A stretch of DNA of 63,796 nt, counting the filler, from Octopus bimaculoides (taxonomy: Eukaryota), in assembly GCF_001194135.2 (NCBI RefSeq). It is 7 parts of 6 records of this genome, joined end to end, with 100 filler letters (N's around TTAATTAATTAA, not from the genome) between each part and the next. Parts side by side here need not be neighbours in the genome. Positions count along the whole stretch, not along the records: positions 47,496 to 57,554 come from NC_068983.1; positions 57,655 to 59,904 come from NC_068983.1; positions 60,005 to 62,392 come from NC_068991.1; positions 62,493 to 63,796 come from NW_026315254.1; 3 more parts are not named here. The stretch is one strand, 5' to 3'. The notes beneath the pieces were generated by a model. That model did no database searches and was not told the DNA's origin. It was given only the letters and a program-made list of their open reading frames with translations. How positions within the stretch are numbered: position 1 is the stretch's first letter; each line of letters starts with the position of its first letter. Made by a program: the position numbers and the translations under genes. Below, piece by piece: positions 52,265 through 63,796 of this stretch.

Positions 52265-52829
52265 CACATATATGATTGTTTATATATTTTTTTAGGTATG
52301 TATATACAAGTATATGTATGCATACAACCACACATACATACACACACTTTACTGACTGAGTCTTACTGAATTTGTTTTAATTTTTCTCGTTGGCGGGGAG
52401 GGTGAGGAGGGACGGAACACACACACACACACGTGTGTGTGTGTGTGTGTGTGTGCATGTACGCGTGCATCTAGATCTCCGTATACGTAATACCTCGTAT
52501 TATCAACAGCACTGATAATATTTATGGAAACCGCTGTCATGTTTTCCAGCAATAACTCATTTATATCTATTTCTTTATTTCTTCATTCATTTATTTTCTT
52601 TGCTTGTTTTTCTATATTTTCGTTTCGTTATTTGTTGAACGATGAACTAACTCACTAAACTTAATAACCTCCGCTGTACGCATGCGCCCACACGAGCATA
52701 TATACTGACGAGCACACATCAGAACATACACACGCATGCACATATGCACATATACACTCATTCACTCATTCACTCTCACACACACACACGCTCATTTTGT
52801 GACATAAGTTCATAAGCAACCAGTCGTAA

Positions 52830-53163
52830 TTGTATGTTTTGTGTGTGTGTGTTTGTGTTGGTGTGTGTGTGTGTGTGTGTGTGTGCGTTGGTGTGTGTGC
52901 GTGCTGGTGTGTCTGTGTGTGTTGGTGTGTGTGTGAGTGTGTGTTGGCGTGTGTGTGCTGGTGTGTGTTGGTGTGTATGTTGGTGTGTGTGNNNNNNNNN
53001 NNNNNNNNNNNNNNNNNNNNNNNNNNNNNNNNNNNNNNNNNNNNNNNNNGTGTGTGTTGGAGTGTGTATGTGTTGGTGTGTGTAGGTGTTGGTGTGTGTT
53101 GGCGTGTGTGTGTTGGTGTTTGTTAGTGTGCGTGTGTTGGTGTGTGTGTTGGGGTATGTGTTG

Positions 53164-53195
<32 letters not shown>

Positions 53196-53300
53196 CTGTG
53201 TTAGCGTGTGTGTGTTTCTGTGTGCTGGTGTGTGTTGGCGTGTATGTGTTAGTGCGTGTTGGCGTGTGTGTGTGTGTTGGCGTGTGTGTGTGTTTGGATG
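52830..53300. repeat. Complex (GT)n/GTTG satellite
   Basis: Degenerate gtgttggtgtgt units. Confidence 0.9.
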
Positions 53301-53304
53301 TGTA

Positions 53305-53703
53305 TTTTTTTTCCAGTCATTTGACTGCGGCCATGCTGGGGCACAGCTTTGAAGGGTTTTAGTCGAACAAATCGACCCAAGTACTTATTTTTCCAAGCCT
53401 AGTACTTACTCTATCGGTCTCTTTGTCGAACCGCCAAGTTACGGAGACATAAACGCACCAACACCGGTTGCCTAACGATGGTTGGGGGACAAGCACAGAC
53501 TGAAAGATACATACATATAGATATATACATATGTATATTCAACGGGTTTCTTCCAGTTTCCGTCTACCAAATCCACTCAGAAGGTTTTGGTCTTCCCGAG
53601 GCTACAGTAGAAGACACTTGCCCCAGGTTCTACACAGTGAGGACTGAAACTGGAACCCTTTGTTTGGAAAGCATGCTTCATACCACACAGCCGCGCCTAC
53701 GCC
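53305..53703 (-). mobile_element. SINE family A, full length, diverged
   Basis: Reverse complement of family A, from aggcgtaggcgcggctgtgtgg head to gactggaaaaaaa end. Confidence 0.85.
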
Positions 53704-53786
53704 TCTTAACGAATTACAGTAACTATTATTTTACCAATTCTCATCGCTAAATTCATTAAGAGTTTTTTCTTATTGTTGAAAATTGT

Positions 53787-54300
53787 CAACGTGCCTCATT
53801 CTCATTTCTCCGCTTATGAAGGGTCCATGTGGAACACTTTTACAACGTGCCTCATTCTCATTTCTCCGCTTATGAAGGGTCCATGTGGGACACTTTTACA
53901 ACGTGCCTCATTCTCGTTTCTCCGTTTATGAAGGGTCCATGTGGGACACTTTTACAACGTGCCTCATTCTCATTTCTCCGCTTATGAAGGGTTCATGTGT
54001 GACACTTTTACAACGTGCCTCATTCTCATTTCTCCGCTTATGAAGGGTCCATGTGTGACACTTTTACAACGTGCCTCATTGTCATTTCTCCGNNNNNNNN
54101 NNATGAAGGGTCCATGTGTGACACTTTTACAACGTGCCTCATTGTCATTTCTCCGCTTATGAAGGGTCCATGTGTGACACTTTTACAACGTGCCTCATTC
54201 TCGTTTCTCCGCTTATGAAGGGTCCATGTGTGACACTTTTACAACGTATCTCACTCTCATTTCTCCGCTTATGAAGGGTCCATGTGTGTCATTTTTACAA
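53787..54300. repeat. 56-bp minisatellite, about 9 units
   Basis: Unit caacgtgcctcattctcatttctccgcttatgaagggtccatgtg(g/t)gacactttta starting at 53787, 53843, 53899, 53955, 54011, 54067, 54130, 54186, 54242. Confidence 0.97.
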
Positions 54301-54479
54301 CGACTTCTTTTTTCCGTTTAATTGACCGGCTGGTCATAATTTCAAACCGCTGTCGATGTTTTGCTGTGGCTCTGAGTTGACCACGTAACTAAGAATTGTT
54401 TCACTTCACCGTGTGCTCCAATTGGGTTGGTATCCAGTAAATTACTAGGGAGTTCTGGTATGGTAAATTGGCATTCAGC

Positions 54480-54790
54480 CAGTGGTTCTCAGCCATTTTT
54501 TTTTACCAATGCGATCCCTATTACTCCTACTTTTCCCAGGTGGACCCTCACAGCCATTTAATCTTCAAAACATTCTATTATATTTTTACCATTAAGTATT
54601 ATAAGAAATTGTATTAAAACATTTTGAAAATATTTTCTGTATTGCAGAAATATAACTCATATATTGCAGATAAATTTTAAGAATGTAATCGTATGTGAAC
54701 CCTTAAGGGTCATGTACCCCCACCCCACACCTTCGTTGGTTTAGATTTTGTTATGGGCCCTAAAATCCACAGGGGTCATACAAATGAAAT
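54480..54790 (+). mobile_element. hAT/Charlie-type non-autonomous element, left end only
   Basis: Starts CAGTGGTTCTCAGCCATTTTT, a Charlie-like TIR, with ggaccc motifs inside; matching right TIR not found. Confidence 0.4.
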
Positions 54791-55458
54791 AAAGAGGCTA
54801 GATGAACTGGGAAAATTCTCTTCGTTTTCAACTGTGAAGGTGAGAAAAGAATTATCGTTAAAATCCAAGAAATTACTTTGTCTTCAATAGCAAAAATCAT
54901 GAAATTTGGTTTGTTAGAGTTGGTCTGTGTGGGAAAGAATCATAAGGACCATTTAATGCTCATCTGTGATTCTTGGAATCACAGAGACTAATTACAGTTG
55001 TTCTCTTTGGGCACCAATCACGAAGATTCATTAGTGATGGTCTTTGATGGCGAGAATGATTACACTAAAGAATAAGAATTAAATGAAAAAATACACACAG
55101 AGAAGTTGACTTTCTAGTTTGGAAAGAAGTTCTCACTCTCTCTCTCTGTATATATATACACACGCACACACACACATATATATATATATAATATAAATAA
55201 TATATATGCATATATACATACGTATATGTACATACTTCCATCTATACGAATATATATATGCATATGTGGGTGCAGGACGTCACGAAACGCGTACAACAAA
55301 AAATACGAAGTACGAGTACATGAAATATGAGCTATTGTTTCAAACAACCAAAGACACAAATGGAAAATAAGACAAACAACATAATGCATGACCCTTCATC
55401 AGTTGTTGACTGTTTTTCTACTCTCGTATTACGAGCGTTTAACAACAATATACGCTAT

Positions 55459-55494
<36 letters not shown>

Positions 55495-55575
55495 GTGTGT
55501 GTGTGTGACAAGTTACGAATCTATATACAACTGAAGATGCTACGCATTTAAACTTACATATATAGAAATAAATGT

Positions 55576-55606
<31 letters not shown>

Positions 55607-56367
55607 TATATATATGGTATATATATTTAATAAATATATGTGTGTGTGTAGGTGTACATATTTATATTAAAATCTATATCTATCTACACACTTTGAAGTC
55701 ACTGTGAAATATTTTCGGGTTAAAAATGCACACACTCACACACACACACATCTTTACAGACAGAATGACCCAAAGAGGGGGGGGGGCGAAGCATGGGAAA
55801 GAGTGCAGGTGGAAAGATTTTGTGTGTATCTATGTATAAAGGACGAAAAGATAATTTTTTAAAAACGTGAGTGAATCAGTGTGTGTGCGCGTGCTGGTGT
55901 GTCCGTATGACTGTGTATATCTGTGTCTGTGTATGAATGTGTACGGGAGTAAAATGGGAGAAAACAGGAAAACCATAGTGAGAGGAAGAGAGAGGGAGAG
56001 AGAAGGTGAGTAAGAGAGACAGAGAGAAAGAGCAGAAGTAATGTATAAAGGGTTAGGAGATTAAAAAATGGGAAATATATGATGTAGTGAGAGTCTGAGG
56101 AAAATAAACAAGCGATTGAGAAAGGGGGAGGTGAGGAGGAGGAAGAGAGGTGAAAAGAGAAGGAGAGAGAGGGTGAAAGTGAGAAAAAGAGTGTGTGGAG
56201 TGTGTTTGCGGTCTTCTGCCTCAATCATTTTTTTTTTTGTGTGTGTGAAGAGAGAAAGAGAGCAAACATGAGAGGGTGGGAGGGGAAAGAAGTGATGAGA
56301 AAACAACTAAAATGTGAGAAGGCTTCGTGAGGGGAAAAGGCGGAGAACTTGGAGACGGAAAGAGTCG

Positions 56368-56436
<69 letters not shown>

Positions 56437-56636
56437 NNNNNNNNNNNNNNNNNNNNNNNNNNNNNNNNNNNNNNNNNNNNNNNNNNNNNNNNNNNNNNNN
56501 NNNNNNNNNNNNNNNNNNNNNNNNNNNNNNNNNNNNNNNNNNNNNNNNNNNNNNNNNATTTACATGTTTCAATATACATATTTACGCATGTTTATACATA
56601 TATACATGCATAAATGTACATATGTATGCATGTATG

Positions 56637-56685
<49 letters not shown>

Positions 56686-57229
56686 TGAAGAAAGAGAGGA
56701 ACTGACAGAGAAGAATTAGAGAGAGGAAGGAGTGTTTAATTTGCATGTCGGTCGTCTGCTTCATTCATTTTTTTTTTTTTTTGGTGGGAAAACAGAAGGA
56801 TTAATGGAAATGTTGGAGGGTGTATGGTAGGAGTTTATGGGAGAGATTGAGAGAGACACATAAAGAGAAACAGAGAGAGAGAGAGAGAAAGAGAGAGAGG
56901 GCGTCTATGTATGAAGGAATAAGAAAAAGAGGTCGAGAATGAAGGAGAGGAAATAATGTGGACCGTTTCAATCATTTTTGACAGGAAGAATAATGTGATA
57001 GTGTGGTAGAATAGAAAGACAGAAATATATTGATGAAATATGAGATTGTTTGAGTAGAAAAGATAGATGATGAGTAGGAAAAAACAAGGACAGAGGGAAA
57101 GAACCACCAGACAAATAGAGAATAAGAGAGAGACAGGGAGAGAGAAAATGAAAGGACTGAGAGAGACGTGACGAATTCAAAGAAAGATTGAGGGCAAAAA
57201 AGAGAAAGAGTATGAAAGCGCTTATGAGA

Positions 57230-57261
<32 letters not shown>

Positions 57262-57350
57262 AAAACTGTGTGTGAGAGCATTTTTGTGTGTGTATTGCAT
57301 GAGTGAAGGTTTATATGATACTCTTTCTCTCTCTCCCCCTCTCTGTTTCT

Positions 57351-57384
<34 letters not shown>

Positions 57385-57933
57385 GCATATACACACACAT
57401 ACATGCTGAGCTAGTCAGTGAGGTTGTGGGCGTGCTGTCGTTGACTTCTCATCTGCTCTTTATATCTTTACCGAGCGGCCTCTAACCAAAATCTGATTTA
57501 TGCAGTTTTCATATAAAACGGAGCAATAAAGATGTGATGTTGCCATCAGGGAAGNNNNNNNNNNNNNNNNNNNNNNNNNNNNNNNNNNNNNNNNNNNNTT
57601 AATTAATTAANNNNNNNNNNNNNNNNNNNNNNNNNNNNNNNNNNNNNNNNNNNNTTGACCTGAAGAAAATTCTAACTGGGCCCCACCTGAGAGGTCATGC
57701 GCTGTTTATCTTGATATGATATCACCATGTCGCGCACATATGGTTGTGATGCATGTGCCTGGTGTACCCTTATCAGACGGGTAGTCATGATGGGTATAAT
57801 GGACTTCGTATATTTTACCCCAGTGTCACTTTGATGGCATGCACTGCTCTCTCACTACATAATGATAATAATAATAACAACAACATCGAAAAATACCTTA
57901 GGAATGAGAACCCAGGTTCGAAATTTCCCCAAG

Positions 57934-57977
57934 ACACCTAATGAAGGCTGGAGGGGATATCAGCCGAAACGTTGTGT
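57934..57977 (+). ncRNA. Minimal hammerhead ribozyme relic with core mutation (G5 to A)
   Basis: ACAC-CUAAUGA-A-GGCUG-gaggggauau-CAGCC-GAAAC-GUU-GUGU: stems I and II and palindromic ACGU stem III present, but CUGAUGA reads CUAAUGA. Confidence 0.6.
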
Positions 57978-58084
57978 TAACAACAAACAAAATGAAGACA
58001 AGTATCCGTCAAATGTAAATAATGTAAACAATGTACATAATTCCTCATCTCTTAAATATAGGATTGTAATTTTTTAAAGTCCGG

Positions 58085-58376
58085 TACATATTCTATCGGC
58101 CTTTTAGCCGAGCAGCTAAATTACAGGGACCTAAGCAAACTAACATAGGTTGTCAAGCGGTGGTGGAGAACAAACAGAGATAATAAGACACATACACATA
58201 TATATGAATATATACGACGAACTTCCTTCAATTTCTGTCTACCAAATCCACTCTCAATGTTGTGGTGGACCCGAGGTTATATTAGAAGACATTTGCTCAA
58301 GGTTCCATGCAGTGGGACTGATTCCAGAACCATGTGGTTGGGAAGCAAGCTTCTTACAACATAGCCACGCCTGCGC
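58085..58376 (-). mobile_element. SINE family A, diverged
   Basis: Reverse complement of family A including head gcgcaggcgtggctatgttgtaagaagcttgcttcc. Confidence 0.75.
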
Positions 58377-58859
58377 TTAGTTGAGAATTTTATTCAGGCT
58401 ACACGTATCTGTGGAATACTCGGCCATTTCACACAACAATTCAATGAGTAGTTCTTCTAACTGATCAGTTGGTCTTCCTATGACGAAATCGACGGGATAG
58501 CTTACCATGTACATCTGTATGTATTATGGCGTATAAAGGTAGGTCCAAGACCCGGTCAACTAAAGAGGGCCCGTGAATATAGACCATCACATCCCTTCGA
58601 ATTTTAGGTAGGCAACTACTGCAGTCTACACTGCAAATGTCCTCTTAATCAGCTTTGCAAATTTTTTCTCAGCGGCCTTCATTACATAGGTATTTATGCA
58701 TCTATGATTTGTTAGTGTGTGTGCATGGGTGCGTGTGTGTGTGTGTGTGTTAGTATGTGTGTGCGAGTTTGTGTGTGTATGTGTGTGCGCACATTTACTC
58801 GCATATGTATGTATCTATGTATATGTGTGTGAGTGTATATATATATANNNNNNNNNNTA

Positions 58860-59815
58860 AGTCGATTACAACGACTCCAGTACTCAACTGGTATATATTT
58901 TATCGATCCGGCAGAATTTGAACTCAGAATATAAAGACGGACGAAATGCCGCTAACTATCAGGTTGGTGCAAAGGTAATGGACGATTTTAAGGTCTCTAT
59001 TAAAAATGAAAAAATCCCATGATTAAGACAGTATTTATTCGTTAACATAGTTTCCATTGCTTTCTAGAACTTCATTCCCTCTGTCAACAAGCTTATAAAT
59101 GCTCCACTTGTAAAATTGTTTAGGTTTTGATGTGAAATATGAATCCAACTCATTTTCAACCTTTTCCTTTGATGTCAACCTAAAACCATCCAAATGGTTC
59201 TGTAGTCCCCGAAACAAGTGATAATCAGAAGGAGCAGTGTCTGGAGAATATGGAACATGTAGCAATATTTCCCAACCAAGCTCTTCCAAGAGACCTTTGG
59301 TCAGTCGAGTTGTGTGAGAACGAGCATTATCATGGTTCATTAAGGTATCGTGAAAGCAATGACTGACAACAGACAATACGCTGTTTCAGATTCTCTGGCA
59401 ACAGTTCGTACGGAACCCATTTTTCAACCACTGAAACCTTTCCGATTCTCACATCTGAAGCGAGAAAAACCATCTCCTGCAACTTCTTTCACTCACTACA
59501 TCATTCCCATAAACTCTCTGAAGTGACTTTGCTGCTGTGCTTGCATTGACACCTTTATGAATCTCATACAGTAAGACATGCCTAATGTGATCTTTAGATG
59601 GGACGAACATAAGTGCGAATATAGCAGAAGATTATGACCAATACAATCAGAATCTGAAAGAAAAATGTATAAACTACAAATTGTGACACTCTTAAATCAT
59701 TGCAAGAGGCACAATATTAAAAATGCTATCTAAAAATGTTTTTCTAAAAAATCGGCCATTACTTTTGCACCAACTTGATATTTTGCCCGGCGTGCTAACG
59801 ATTCCACCGACTCAA
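58860..59815 (-). mobile_element. SINE family B split by the mariner insertion (58860-58958 and 59779-59815)
   Basis: ..gacggacgaaatgccgctaacTA on the left continues as TAttttgcccggcgtgctaacgattc on the right. Confidence 0.8.
58959..59778 (-). mobile_element. Mariner transposon (Hsmar1/cecropia-like TIRs), internally deleted, both TIRs and TA duplication
   Basis: Left TA-tcaggttggtgcaaaggtaatggacgattt, right aaatcggccattacttttgcaccaacttga-TA; ORF 59035-59376 has HDNARSH and PYSPDTAPSDYHLF (DD34D C-terminal half). Confidence 0.92.
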
Positions 59816-61019
59816 CGCCAGAAAGCAAGGAACATATTGCCTAATGTTTTGATAATGACGTTTTCCTAAAATATATAAAGCATTATATACACGAGTGTGT
59901 GCGTNNNNNNNNNNNNNNNNNNNNNNNNNNNNNNNNNNNNNNNNNNNNTTAATTAATTAANNNNNNNNNNNNNNNNNNNNNNNNNNNNNNNNNNNNNNNN
60001 NNNNATATATATATATACATATATATATAAATATATATATATATATACACATACATGCATACATACATATATACAAACACACACGTATATAGGTATATTA
60101 TGTCATGTACCTATGTGACTGGTGTATGATTGAGTTAACATAGGGAAACAAAAAATCAAAACCATGGATTAGATTGAATAGACAGAAGAGAATGTCCCCG
60201 ATTCATGAAACATTTTTTGTTTCAAAATAAAAATTATTACAACAATATTATATAAGCAAAAGGCTTTTGAAACACTTTGTAATATGACACTTCAGCACTC
60301 CGGTCCCTCCCCGAGGAGGTTTCTGTCTGAAAAATGAATAACAAATAGACAGCAAGTAGGTGAGCACTTCAAACCTGCTGCTCTATAAAAGATGACAAAG
60401 ATACGCTTGATGGCTTACGTACTATACAATTAGTGTACATGAAATGTGTCATTTTCTTTATCAGAAGTATCACCCGAATGGAGCTTAGGAACTCTCGCAG
60501 ACAGAGAAACTATTTAGAAGCCACCTAGAGATCTGTTGTATTCGCGGTTGCCATCAAAGCAACCCAGCTTACCATCGGCTACACAAGCATATATACCACG
60601 CAGACACTAATTCATAGAAAACATAGTAATGTACACTGACACAATCATGCGTTTAGACATCACGCACACAGCATTTATTCATAATATTCCTTTGCATTAT
60701 AAGCACAATGATCTGAAATGTTGGCGAAGGCCTTGATTACATCAATTCTAATGCACAACTAATCCTTATTTTATGGACGGAATTTGAATTCTAACGTAAA
60801 GATGGGTGAAATGGTGCTAGCCATTTTGTCCAGCGTGCTTACGATTCGGCTGTCTTACACACACTTATAACAATCCCAAAAGCCTATTATTTACGCGCAA
60901 AAGGCTTTCCCCTGATTATCTATGATTTCCTTCTTTCTATTTACAAGCCTTTTAATCCCATCAATGTAAAATGCTTTTGGTTTCAAAGCGAAGAACTCTG
61001 AAATGTCAGTTTCGACCTC

Positions 61020-61672
61020 TCCTGACTTTCGAAAGTTACGTCACAAGTCTATCCAAATAGGGTGAAATGAGTTCGTGAGAATGGAGAGAAGTGCAGATGT
61101 CAACTCGGGAGTTGCGGCTGCTTTTGGACAGTTCATGAGACACCAATTTTCCAAGTTTAGGAACCTTTTCAAGTTGTTGAAGATAACAATGAACAGTTGT
61201 ATGGCTTGAACTAAGCATTATTGCCAATTCTTCTGCTGATAATGCAGGATTTCTTTCAAGTAATGCCTCAAGGAGCTTATCATCAAACTGAACTGGACGT
61301 CCTGTTCAATCTTCACCTTCAAGGCCGAAATCTCCACTTCTGAATTTTGCAAATCATCTTCTGCAAGTTCTTTTATTCAAGCATTCTTTCCCATAAACCG
61401 AGTGTATGTTTCGAGTCGCTTCGGCTGCAGATTTTTTTTTCTACTTATAAAGCATTATGTGTCTTAAATGCTCTTTAGATACTTCCCTGTTAGAAAGGGT
61501 TTTAATCAAAGAAATTTTAATTCTATTATTCTGTAAAATAATATTTAATTAGTTTAAATGTACACAAATGCATAAAAATCATTTTTAATTCCGTTAGACA
61601 TTCTAAAATACTATTAAATTTCATTCAATTTTTAAAAAGGTAAAATCGGACAGAACTTATGAGATGAACTGA
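61020..61672 (-). mobile_element. Mariner transposon, 5' half of a third family
   Basis: TIR-like aaatcggacagaacttatgagatgaactga-TA at 61643-61674; peptide LSSSHTTVHCYLQQL..KLGKLVSHELS..LDRLVT matches the WVPHEL..RIVT region. Confidence 0.8.
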
Positions 61673-61679
61673 TATATAC

Positions 61680-61820
61680 GACTAAATTCTTTCAGTGTTG
61701 TCTACCAAATCTGCTCACAAGGCGCCGGTCGGCCCAAGGCTATAGAAGAAGAAACTTGAGCAAGGTGCCACGCATTGCAGATCTCGGAAACATCTGGTTG
61801 TGAAGCAGGTTCCTCACCAT
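61680..61820 (-). mobile_element. SINE family A, diverged 5' half
   Basis: tctaccaaatctgctcacaagg..ggtcggcccaaggctatagaagaag..gcaaggtgccacgca. Confidence 0.65.
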
Positions 61821-62355
61821 ACATCCACAAACCATCAACTTTTTGTGAGACACCTAATTAACAACATAGTGGACATCAACATTGAGTTATGCCACACTTT
61901 ATTGAGGAAATCTAATTGATATACAGTTACTTTACCAATTCTTCCGGCACGAACAGAGCAGGGCATATTATAGCCCATTTTTATGATCATGGCTGTCGAG
62001 AGACGTAGAAAGATGAAAGATGAAAGAAAGGTATATTCAGATAGAAATTGGTCTGTATCTTTGCAAGAAAACGGTATCTCCGAAGGTGTTCCAAAATAGG
62101 TGCCGGGAACAAAACGACGAGGAAGTGTAACGGAACGAGATGATAAGGAAGAAATACACCATGAACTTCGTTCACCAGCTCCTTGGATTTGTCAGTTATT
62201 ATATTTTATCTTTCTTTCCCAAATATCAAGATCGATGTTAAGTAGGTAAGAGAGGAAGGCAAAGCGCAATGAGCCGCGCAACAAATACCACAAAGTCATT
62301 TTTACCCTCCGCTCTGATGATACTACTAATTATATGTATAAATATATATACCAAT

Positions 62356-62389
<34 letters not shown>

Positions 62390-63519
62390 TATNNNNNNNN
62401 NNNNNNNNNNNNNNNNNNNNNNNNNNNNNNNNNNNNTTAATTAATTAANNNNNNNNNNNNNNNNNNNNNNNNNNNNNNNNNNNNNNNNNNNNGGAACTTA
62501 TTTAAAAGTTCTTATACATTTATAAACAAAATTAAGGGTTCAAAATAAGTTCCACACCGATAATGGTGCTTACATACCGAAGGAAGGGCTTGGTAAAAAT
62601 TATTAATTATTAATTTATTAATAAATTGATAATCCTTTACCCTTTTAATTGTAATAATTAATTATTCACTCCCGGATAGTAAACCACAGATTTTCTGCGA
62701 TACCGCCTGCGACGCACATGGTAATCCGTGAGGGAAGATGATGGGCTGGCTCGCCGATGTAGATTTGGAGATACTTTCAAAATGTGTCGACTGCAATGAT
62801 GGCGCTAGATCATGCATGCACATTTGCCAGTATCGTCGAATTTACAACAGGAATATCATACCGATGAGGTAATGAGGAGTTTTTTATTCTCCTAAACCAG
62901 AAACATGTCTGATTAACTATGGCTAGTTTAGTTCGTTATTTTTCTTCTTGTTTTGCCTGTGTGAGTTGCGGGTAACTGCTATCTGTTGGAGTTTCAGCAT
63001 TTTTAGCTACTATTTCTGAACTTCGGTATGTGGTGAAGCAACCTGTTGCTGAACCCTTAATTTTGTTTATATATATATATATATTATATGTTACTATATA
63101 TAAATATATATAAAAATATATATCAATAAATATGATATTAGTAATTATATATATTAATAATGTATTGTAATTCATAATAACTAATAGATTGTGATGCGGC
63201 CTCTTACTGCTGTTTTATGGTTTGCATCGCAGTATAATGGTAAGATGTCAAGCAAATCTCACTTGTGCTAATGATATCGACAGTGAAAATTAAACTGATG
63301 CTGATGTAGGGATGGTTGTTTTTGTTTAATCTCTAGTTACCTTTAGACAAGTAGATCTCTAGTAGAAAACGTTCCAGTCGTGACCATCTAATCTATTTGT
63401 ATACGCAGGACTACATTGTTCAATAGATCAGTTTAAAAAAAAAATCGGATGAGAGGATTGGTTTGAGAGAGATTTGGCTATTATCTCTAGCAGATCTGAA
63501 GTATCTGATGAGGACCATG

Positions 63520-63730
63520 ATCGGACAATGGATGAGGATAACGATAGTTATGACGATGATGACGACGAGGAAGACGATGACAACGATGACGACGACAACG
63601 AGGATGATGATGTAGATGAAAATGGGAATGAAGATGATATGCAAGACGACGATGATGATGACGATGACAATGAAGACGACGACGATGATGATGACGATGA
63701 TGATGATAATGATGATGACGATGGTAACAG
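63520..63730. repeat. (GAT/GAC)n trinucleotide low-complexity tract
   Basis: Directly visible. Confidence 0.9.
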
Positions 63731-63748
63731 TGATGCTATTGACTATTA

Positions 63749-63796
63749 CAGACCCTATTATATCAGACCCTATTATACAGACCCTATTATATCAGA
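63749..63796. repeat. 14/15-bp tandem repeat cagaccctattata(t), running off the window edge
   Basis: Units at 63749, 63764, 63778 and partial at 63793. Confidence 0.9.

Noticed and set aside
53787-54300. 56-bp array as a CRISPR array or a hammerhead tandem (cttatgaagggtcc resembles CUGAUGA)
   Set aside because: No unique spacers, eukaryotic context, no cas genes, and no GAAA element in the unit.
55280-55415. cgaaacgcgtacaac on + and ctgatgaaggg on -, each half of a hammerhead
   Set aside because: The two halves are on opposite strands and neither has a matching partner half.

Overview
Eukaryotic, AT-rich window crowded with microsatellites and decayed transposons and broken by many N gaps; the SINE repertoire and repeat profile suggest an octopod cephalopod (inference, not verified). 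Only one segment is confidently protein-coding: the last coding exon of a GATA1/2/3-class transcription factor on the minus strand (31101-31556), with a canonical splice acceptor and a tandemly duplicated C-terminal MVxAM motif. Its zinc-finger exons are not visible in the ~32 kb upstream. A second, unidentified candidate terminal exon lies at 4583-4725 (+). The rest is mostly three SINE families, fragments of Tx1/L1, CR1/L2, RTE and two restriction-like-endonuclease LINE clades, a truncated Gypsy element with LTR and PBS, three mariner relics, and mini/microsatellites. The strongest unexpected signals are: an apparently intact minimal type I hammerhead ribozyme on the GATA-sense strand (38546-38681) plus a core-mutated one (57934-57977); a near-perfect 117-nt palindrome (49991-50107); and a ~100-bp-arm foldback element (41489-41764). 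Six identical 44N-TTAATTAATTAA-44N blocks are assembly linkers, so long-range order and orientation across them, including whether these elements lie in a GATA intron, is uncertain. Repeat boundaries are approximate and family names come from recalled motifs, not database searches.
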